DNA of 64,000 nucleotides from an uncultured Bacilli bacterium (GTDB lineage Bacteria; Bacillota_I; Bacilli_A; RF39; UBA660): NCBI GenBank assembly GCA_934101625.1, contig CAKORV010000001.1, positions 2,121 to 66,120 of the forward strand, read 5' to 3'. Shown piece by piece: positions 57,370 to 64,000 of this stretch (position 1 is its first letter; each line of letters starts with the position of its first letter). The notes under the pieces were generated by a model. It saw only the letters and a program-made list of their open reading frames with translations, ran no database searches and was not told where the DNA came from. The position numbers and the translations under genes were made by a program.

Positions 57370-58446
57370 ATGAAGAAAAAAATTGGTTATATTTTAACAG
57401 GAGTTTTGTGTTTTATAGTAGGTGCTGGTTTAGTAGTGGGGGCTGTATATTATTTTCCTAAAGAAGTAGTTAAAACTATTACTGAAAAAAATGTTAATAT
57501 TACTGATACTGGTATAAGTGAAAGTGTGGAGAAAGTAAACGATGCAGTTGTTGTTATTGAAACTTATGAGGATAATGAATTGACAGGAACTGGTTCAGGA
57601 TTTGTTTATGATACAGACGATGACTATGGTTATATTATGACTAATCACCATGTTATTGAAAGTGGAAATAATATTCTTATTACTTATAGTGATGATACTA
57701 CAAGTGATGCTACTATAGTAGGTAGTGATAGTTATGCTGATATTGCTATTTTAAAAGTTCCTAAAAATAGTGTAAAAAAAGTAGCTAGTTTAGGCAAAAG
57801 TTCTGATTTAAAGGTTGGAGACGCAGTTTTTGCAGTTGGAAGTCCAATGGGAAAAGAGTTTAAAAATACTATTACTAAAGGAATTTTAAGTGGTAAAGAT
57901 AGACTTATCAGTGTAAGTGTTAATAATAATGATGCGGATTATATTTTAAATGTTATGCAAACTGATGCAGCAATTAATCCTGGTAATAGTGGTGGCCCTT
58001 TATGTAATATAAATGGTGAGGTTATTGGAATTAACAATTTAAAAATAGTTAAAGATACAGTAGAAGGTTTAGGTTTTTCTATTCCAATTGAAGATGCTTT
58101 AAAATATGCTGAAAGTATACGTACTACTGGTAGTGTTAAAAGACCTTATGTTGGAGTAAGTATGATAAACGTTAATAATGTATATCAACTTAGATATACT
58201 GGTATTAATATAGATAAGAATGTTACTGAAGGAGTTGTAGTTGTAGAAGTAGAAAAAGATAGTCCTGCTGATAAAGCTGGCTTTGAAAAAGGTGATGTTA
58301 TAACTAAAATAGGAGATTACAAAGTTAGTAATATTGCTGAATTCAGATATAGACTTTATAGTTATGATATTGATACTAAAGTGGATGTTGTAGTAAATAG
58401 AAATGGTAAAGATAAAACTTTAAAAGTAACATTAGGTAGTAATTAA
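57370..58446 (+). CDS. htrA: HtrA/DegP-family serine protease with PDZ domain
   Basis: TM anchor. H in TNHHV, D in DIAILKV, GNSGGPL. PDZ GVVVVEVEKDSPADKAGFEKGDVI. Confidence 0.88.
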   Translation: MKKKIGYILTGVLCFIVGAGLVVGAVYYFPKEVVKTITEKNVNITDTGISESVEKVNDAVVVIETYEDNELTGTGSGFVYDTDDDYGYIMTNHHVIESGNNILITYSDDTTSDATIVGSDSYADIAILKVPKNSVKKVASLGKSSDLKVGDAVFAVGSPMGKEFKNTITKGILSGKDRLISVSVNNNDADYILNVMQTDAAINPGNSGGPLCNINGEVIGINNLKIVKDTVEGLGFSIPIEDALKYAESIRTTGSVKRPYVGVSMINVNNVYQLRYTGINIDKNVTEGVVVVEVEKDSPADKAGFEKGDVITKIGDYKVSNIAEFRYRLYSYDIDTKVDVVVNRNGKDKTLKVTLGSN

Positions 58447-58517
58447 ACTACCTTTTTGCTTGACTTCATAATTAAAATACTGTATAATACTAAGTACATT
58501 TAAAGGGGGTATGTAAA

Positions 58518-59075
58518 ATGAATGGTAAGTTAGTAGAGAAATTAGCGAACAGTGAATACTTTGAAAAATTTATAAATCAAACAATTGAAACATTATCTAA
58601 TGAAAGAATCTACTTTAATAATTGGAAGTCGATAGTAATTCTTTATGCAAAATTAAATAAAATATCAAAGAATAAAAAATTACTAAAAGAGTTAGAAACA
58701 CATTTATATCTTGCTAATGTAATAGTAACAGATGAAGAAAAAAAATTATATACAAAGATTTTATCTAAATTACCAACACCAAGATTAAATTATGTTAATA
58801 ATCCAAATATATTGAAAATAAAATTAATTGAATCAAGAATAAAAAGATTAAAAGATTATTTAGATGATAAAACAATAACATATTATGAATGGTTAAAACT
58901 ATTTAGAGATTTAATGACAACTTGTTCTCAACTAGATATAATCACTGAGTCTTTAAAAGAATTAATAATTGAATATTCAAATTTATTAAATAATGCAAAA
59001 ATTATAGGAATGACAGAAATAAATAATCAAGATTATGAAATCAAAATAAAACAATTAGAATCACTGCAAAAATAA
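58518..59075 (+). CDS. helical cytoplasmic protein, unknown function
   Basis: ORF with a GGGGG RBS-like sequence upstream. No recognisable motif. Confidence 0.35.
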   Translation: MNGKLVEKLANSEYFEKFINQTIETLSNERIYFNNWKSIVILYAKLNKISKNKKLLKELETHLYLANVIVTDEEKKLYTKILSKLPTPRLNYVNNPNILKIKLIESRIKRLKDYLDDKTITYYEWLKLFRDLMTTCSQLDIITESLKELIIEYSNLLNNAKIIGMTEINNQDYEIKIKQLESLQK

Positions 59076-59133
59076 ATGCAATATTGATAAAAAAATTATA
59101 AAATAGTATAATATTAGTACTGAGGAGATTGTT

Positions 59134-60063
59134 ATGAGAAAATGTGCAATTGTTTTTAATCCAGAAAGTGGAAGACCTAAAGATAAAAAAGATATTGTAA
59201 GTTTACCTTCAATTTTAACGGCTAACGATTTTGAAACTATTATGTGTCCTACTAGTGGACCTAAAGATGCAACAAAAATAGTTAAGAATTTAAGTGATGA
59301 TACAGATTTAGTTATTTGTTGTGGTGGAGATGGTACTTTAAATGAAGGTGTTACTGGTAATTTAATGAGAGATAATAAAATATTAATGGCCCATTTACCT
59401 GTAGGAACTGTTAATGATGTAGGAACGATGTATGGTTTTACTAAGAATATGATGGTTAATGCTCAGATGTTAGTTAATGGTACTATAAAGAATATAGATG
59501 TATGTTTAATCAATGGTAAACCTTTTGTTTATGTGGCTTGTATAGGCAGTTATGTAGATGTTTCTTATAACACACCTAGAGAATTAAAGAAAAAGTATGG
59601 TAGACTTGGTTATTTCTTTAATGCGATGAATGAACTTAAAGGAGAAGTTAAATTATTTGATTTAGAGTATGAAATAGATGGTGTTAAAAAGAGTGGCACT
59701 TATTCATTTATATTTGTTACTAATACATGTCGTATGGGTGGTTTTGATAATATATATTCTGATATAAAATTAGATGATGATATGTTTGAAGTTATTTTAA
59801 TATCAGCTAAGACTAAACCAGAATTAATTAAAATAGTAAGTACTGTATTTACTAGTAAAGTAAAAAACATGCCAGGTGTAGAATATTACAAAACTAATAA
59901 CCTTAGGGTTAAGTTTGATAAAATGCCACCAAGTTGGGTTATTGATGGAGAAGAGTATACACATCATACAAAAGAATTTGAGTTTAAAATAAATAAAGAA
60001 ATTAAGATGTTACTTCCTAAAAAAAATATAGTTAAATTATTTAATGAAATGGAAGAAGAATAG
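59134..60063 (+). CDS. dagK: diacylglycerol/lipid kinase (YegS/DagK family)
   Basis: IVFNPESG, CCGGDGTLNEG, LPVGTVND. Confidence 0.8.
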   Translation: MRKCAIVFNPESGRPKDKKDIVSLPSILTANDFETIMCPTSGPKDATKIVKNLSDDTDLVICCGGDGTLNEGVTGNLMRDNKILMAHLPVGTVNDVGTMYGFTKNMMVNAQMLVNGTIKNIDVCLINGKPFVYVACIGSYVDVSYNTPRELKKKYGRLGYFFNAMNELKGEVKLFDLEYEIDGVKKSGTYSFIFVTNTCRMGGFDNIYSDIKLDDDMFEVILISAKTKPELIKIVSTVFTSKVKNMPGVEYYKTNNLRVKFDKMPPSWVIDGEEYTHHTKEFEFKINKEIKMLLPKKNIVKLFNEMEEE

Positions 60064-60070
60064 GATATTT

Positions 60071-60934
60071 ATGAAGTATGGAGTAAGAGATAGATTAGGT
60101 AATGAGTGGTATATTAAAGAATCTAATGTTGTTAGGTTCTTTTATGGTACTATAATTGGTAGATTAATTGTTAGGATATTTAGTATACCTTTATTTTCTA
60201 AAATAATGGGATTGTTTTTAGATAGTAAGTTATCTAAGTTTAAAATTAAATCTTTTATTAAAAAGAATAATATTGATATGAGTTTGTATAAAGAAAAAGA
60301 TTATAAATCATTTAATGATTTCTTTACTAGAGAAATTAAAAATATAGATTATTCTAAAAATAAAGATGATTTTATTAGTCCATGTAGTTCTAAATTAAGT
60401 GTATATGATATTAATGAAGAGGGACTATATAAGATAAAAAATAGTTATTACAGAATAAAAGATTTAGTTAATAATAATTTTATTTATAAAGAATTTATTG
60501 GTGGTAAGTTGTTAATATTTAGATTAGAAGCAACTGATTATCATAGATATATTTATATAGATAATGGTAGTAAAGAAAAAAATGTGTTTGTACCTGGTAT
60601 ACTAAATACAGTTAGGCCTATTGTTTTAAAACATTTTAATATTTATAAACAAAATTCTAGAGAATATACTATTATGCATACTGATAATTTTGATGATGTT
60701 ATACAAATTGAAGTTGGAGCTATAATGGTTGGTAAAATAAATAATAAACATGAAGAATATACATTTAAAAAAGGTGAAGAAAAGGGTATGTTTGAGTTTG
60801 GAGGTTCTACTATTGTTCTTATGATAAAAAAAGATATTGTTGATTTAGATAGTGATATAATTAAAAATAGTAGTGATGGCTTTGAAACTAAAGTAAGTGT
60901 TGGAGAATCTATTGGTAAAAGAAAGAAACATTAG
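60071..60934 (+). CDS. psd: phosphatidylserine decarboxylase proenzyme
   Basis: Self-cleavage motif FEFGGSTIVL, RLEATDYHR. Start ATG 60071 (MKYGVRDRLGNEWY) preferred; alternative ATG 60044. Confidence 0.8.
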   Translation: MKYGVRDRLGNEWYIKESNVVRFFYGTIIGRLIVRIFSIPLFSKIMGLFLDSKLSKFKIKSFIKKNNIDMSLYKEKDYKSFNDFFTREIKNIDYSKNKDDFISPCSSKLSVYDINEEGLYKIKNSYYRIKDLVNNNFIYKEFIGGKLLIFRLEATDYHRYIYIDNGSKEKNVFVPGILNTVRPIVLKHFNIYKQNSREYTIMHTDNFDDVIQIEVGAIMVGKINNKHEEYTFKKGEEKGMFEFGGSTIVLMIKKDIVDLDSDIIKNSSDGFETKVSVGESIGKRKKH

Positions 60935-61560
60935 AATAAAAAATTTAATGTTTCTTTTAATTTGGGATAAAATTGTTTAACTATTAGAATTATTAAAGTT
61001 GAATAAATAAATGCAAATATTACATCTATTGGTAAATGTTGTTTAGTGAATAAAGTAGATAATATAATTAATATTAAATATGAAGTAGATAATATTTTGG
61101 TTAATGGTTTAATATTAGTTTTATTTAAATAATATATTAATATAAAACATACTAAACAGTGTTCTGATGGTAAACAATTAGTAGGATTATCTAACTTGTA
61201 AGTTAGGTTTACTACCCAGTCGGTTATAGATTTTACTTCAAATGTTGGTCTTATAATAGCGCTTGGATAAATAATAAAAGTTAAGTTAGATAATATAAAT
61301 CCAAATGCTAAAGTATATATTAATTTTTTATATACATCTTTATTATCTTTAAATATCAAATATGATAAAAAGAATACAAAAGGGTACCAACTATGATAAA
61401 TATAAATAAAATATTTAATAAATGGTACATTTAAATTAGTATCTAAAAAATGATATTTAGTTAAAGATAAATTAATAATAAAATATACTATTGCTTGAAT
61501 AATTAAAACTAAACTAATAGATTTAACATATTCTTTGTTATTTTTTATAAAGTTTTTCAT
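60931..61560 (-). CDS. PAP2-superfamily membrane phosphatase/transferase
   Basis: LPSEHC ... TKQHLPIDV (SxH / HxxxD motifs), 6 TM spans. Confidence 0.55.
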   Translation of the reverse strand: MKNFIKNNKEYVKSISLVLIIQAIVYFIINLSLTKYHFLDTNLNVPFIKYFIYIYHSWYPFVFFLSYLIFKDNKDVYKKLIYTLAFGFILSNLTFIIYPSAIIRPTFEVKSITDWVVNLTYKLDNPTNCLPSEHCLVCFILIYYLNKTNIKPLTKILSTSYLILIILSTLFTKQHLPIDVIFAFIYSTLIILIVKQFYPKLKETLNFLF

Positions 61561-61678
61561 ATTTTCACCTATTTAATTATACTATAGATATATAAGATAT
61601 TGTTAGACATTTTTAATAAATATGTTGTTTTTAGTAATAAATTACTTATATTTTAAATATTATTTCTTAAGGAGGAAT

Positions 61679-62911
61679 ATGAAAAAGATATTTAAATATT
61701 ATAAGAATTCATTTATTTTATTATTATTTATTTTAATTGGTACTATTTTAGGGTTAGTTTTTAAAGAAAATATTAGCTTTTTAAAACCATTTGGTGATTT
61801 ATTTATAAATATGCTTATGGTTATTATAGTACCACTTATATTTTTAACTATTTCAACTAGTATTGGTAAATTAAAGTCCCCTAAAAGAGTAGGGAAAGTT
61901 ATAAGTAGTATTATATTAGTATTTATTTTTACTTCATTAATTAGTGTGGTTGTAGGAATTATATTTAGTAGAATACAACTTGTTAATTTGAATGATACTG
62001 ATAGTATATTAAATAAAATTAGTGGTGAAATTGTTAAAAAAGATGAAGTTAATTTAATAGAAAGAACTGTTAATACTTTAACAACAGATGATTTTGTTAA
62101 TTTATTAAGTAAAGATAATATTATTGCATTAATAGTAGTTTCTGTTATTACTGGTGTAGGTATTATTTTATCTAAAGAAAAGGGGATTAAGGCATTAGAA
62201 GTATTAGATAGTTTTAATGAAATATTAAAAAGCATATTAAATATTATTATGTATTATGCTCCGATAGGATTAGGGTGTTATTTTGCTAACTTCGTTGGAA
62301 CATTTGGTTCTAGTATAGCAGTGGGGTATTTAAAAACATTCATCATTTATTTAATCGTTTCATTATTTATTTACTTTGTTGTTTATTCAATTTATGTTTA
62401 TATTGCTGGTGGTAAAAAGTGTTTAAAACTGTATTGGAAAAATATTATACCTGTAACTTTAACAGCTTTAAGTACATGTAGTTCTGCGGCTTCTATACCG
62501 ACTAATATTAAAGCAAGTGAAAGTCTAGGTGTAAGTGAAGATATTGCTAATACTACCATACCTTTGGGAAGTTCTTTTCATAAAGATGGATCTATAGTAG
62601 GTAGTGTATTTAAGATAATGTTTTTAGCTTATTTGTTTAATATAGATGTTGGTGTTGGTAAACTTTTAATAGTTAGTTTAATAGTTTCACTTTTGGTAAC
62701 TGGTATACCTATTGGTGGTGGTACAATATCTGAAATGCTTATTTTGACTTTAATGGGTTATCCTTTATATGCACTCCCTATATTAACTTTAATTGCAACA
62801 ATTATAGATGCACCGGCGACAGTTTTAAATGTAGTAGGTGATACTGCTAGTAGTGTAATGGTATCTAGAATAGTAGATGGTAAAAATCACTTAAACAAAA
62901 AAGACCTTTAA
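61679..62911 (+). CDS. dicarboxylate/amino acid:cation symporter (DAACS family)
   Basis: ALSTCSSAASIPT, IDAPATVLNVVGD. ATG 61679 follows AAGGAGG (track ORF starts at 61622). Confidence 0.8.
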   Translation: MKKIFKYYKNSFILLLFILIGTILGLVFKENISFLKPFGDLFINMLMVIIVPLIFLTISTSIGKLKSPKRVGKVISSIILVFIFTSLISVVVGIIFSRIQLVNLNDTDSILNKISGEIVKKDEVNLIERTVNTLTTDDFVNLLSKDNIIALIVVSVITGVGIILSKEKGIKALEVLDSFNEILKSILNIIMYYAPIGLGCYFANFVGTFGSSIAVGYLKTFIIYLIVSLFIYFVVYSIYVYIAGGKKCLKLYWKNIIPVTLTALSTCSSAASIPTNIKASESLGVSEDIANTTIPLGSSFHKDGSIVGSVFKIMFLAYLFNIDVGVGKLLIVSLIVSLLVTGIPIGGGTISEMLILTLMGYPLYALPILTLIATIIDAPATVLNVVGDTASSVMVSRIVDGKNHLNKKDL

Positions 62912-63402
62912 TTGGTCTTTTCTTCTTTATCTTTATTAACTATTTTGTTTAAATCACTACTTACTTCAGATGTATTTTTCCATATCATAATCATCATTAA
63001 ACTAAATTCAAATATAAGTCTTGCAATAATATTACCTACAATTAGTATTAATAAGAATGCCCAGAAACTTAATTTAATTAATCCAAATGAATAGATAGTA
63101 ATGTAAACTGCTACAAATAAATAACCAAATTTTAGTAAATTTTCAATAAAAATTCTCTTGAAATTTAAGAATTCTTTTAACCAATTTACAAATTTTTGTG
63201 CATAAGTTTTACCTGATTTAACAAATCCAAAATAAGCTACTAATGAAATGATTAGTGCTAAAATAAGTGCCACTGTTCCGAATGTTTGACTTGGCCCAGT
63301 ACTCATTGATTCAAATGGATTACCACTAATTAAACTCGTTTCATAATCATCATAATAGTCATCATAACCAGTTATTCTCATAATTATCTTCCCTTCAATC
63401 AC
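62908..63402 (-). CDS. membrane protein, unknown function
   Basis: Three hydrophobic spans. Convergent with the symporter gene. Confidence 0.4.
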   Translation of the reverse strand: MIEGKIIMRITGYDDYYDDYETSLISGNPFESMSTGPSQTFGTVALILALIISLVAYFGFVKSGKTYAQKFVNWLKEFLNFKRIFIENLLKFGYLFVAVYITIYSFGLIKLSFWAFLLILIVGNIIARLIFEFSLMMIMIWKNTSEVSSDLNKIVNKDKEEKTN

Positions 63403-63471
63403 ATATTCTAATTAAATTTTATATGTTAGAAGGGTATTATGTCAATATAAAAAATAAAGAAAAAGCACTCT

Positions 63472-63786
63472 TTACAGAGTGTAATCTTTTTTGTTGGTTA
63501 AATCAATAAATGCAATATCTTTAAAAGAGCCATCTTCAGCTTTTTTATAAATAATACCTGCTTTACATTTACATAAAGTTATTTCACTTTCTAGTACTTC
63601 ATATGCATTATTATATTCGTAGTTTTCTGTTGGATATTCAACAAATGCCATATATGTTTTTCTTGCGAAATAGCCCTTTATCCCGTTTTTATGTAATAGT
63701 AACATTACATAGTCCATAGTAGGAAGATATTCTTTGTCGTAATCATTTAATCCATTTATTAAATAATCATCAAATTTTTCTTTCAT
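63472..63786 (-). CDS. small cytoplasmic protein, unknown function
   Basis: 104-aa ORF with an AGGATGA RBS-like sequence upstream. Confidence 0.35.
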   Translation of the reverse strand: MKEKFDDYLINGLNDYDKEYLPTMDYVMLLLHKNGIKGYFARKTYMAFVEYPTENYEYNNAYEVLESEITLCKCKAGIIYKKAEDGSFKDIAFIDLTNKKDYTL

Positions 63787-63798
63787 ATTTAATCATCC

Positions 63799-64000
63799 TT
63801 ATCTACATAATTTTTTTGAATAATCTTCATTGTAACAAATTTCATCACTAAGAATTAAATTTTTAACTAATTCTAAATCTTTTTTGCTCATTAAATTTAA
63901 AATTAATTTTTGTTCAGTCAAAGATAATTCTTTTAGCCATTTCACTGAGAATGTTCTGTCTAGTTCATGCCATGGATGTTCATCATTTATTTCTCTAGCA
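63799..64000 (-). CDS. 3' end of an unknown gene (runs off the right edge)
   Basis: Open minus-strand frame ...EHPWHELDRTFSVKWLKELSLTEQKLILNLMSKKDLELVKNLILSDEICYNEDYSKKLCR ending at TAA (63801-63799). Confidence 0.3.
   Translation of the reverse strand, partial: AREINDEHPWHELDRTFSVKWLKELSLTEQKLILNLMSKKDLELVKNLILSDEICYNEDYSKKLCR

Noticed and set aside
61699-62235. 178-aa minus-strand ORF
   Set aside because: Antisense shadow of the DAACS symporter gene.

Overview
Strongly AT-rich chromosomal segment from a low-GC, apparently endospore-forming Firmicute. It carries yabG, veg, spoVG, yabP, yabQ and divIC, uses the standard genetic code, and has no rRNA, tRNA, CRISPR, integrase or transposase genes. 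The ClpB without an N-domain under a perfect CIRCE element suggests an Erysipelotrichia or Mollicutes-related lineage, but I cannot confirm this. The backbone is housekeeping: clpB, rsmA, asnB, argS, pcrA, ligA, ltaS, tilS, ftsH, parAB, ychF, rpsF-ssb-rpsR, lysS with a Lys T-box leader, dusB, rplM-rpsI, htrA, dagK and psd. Positions 861-45934 are almost entirely + strand. A minus-strand block follows at 45948-55234, then + strand again. Several accessory insertions interrupt the backbone. (1) Most interesting, 26159-31789: five consecutive genes share a TasA/camelysin-like module. Three have SipW-type FAYF signal peptides. Two are fused to very long DxDxDG, Cys-rich, thrombospondin-type-3-like repeat stalks, including 20 peptide-identical 12-aa repeats that differ only at synonymous sites. 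No sipW or tapA lies in the locus. (2) 38071-38761: a tandemly duplicated module that looks like a type I toxin-antitoxin. Each copy has a consensus promoter, a GC-rich 5' UTR, a 35-aa hydrophobic peptide ORF, a convergent antisense promoter with its own strand-specific terminator, and a 28-nt 5'-3' fold-back. (3) An insertion between pcrA and ligA holds an intracellular S8-like peptidase, a coiled-coil protein and decayed DUF4143-ATPase 3' remnants. (4) Single defence or stress genes: AbiEi/AbiEii with a promoter-spanning inverted repeat, a Fic protein with a triple operator motif, and an Abi_2 gene. (5) A ClpC-like ATPase whose second AAA module has lost its Walker motifs. All functional calls come from motif reading of the translations; no database searches were run.
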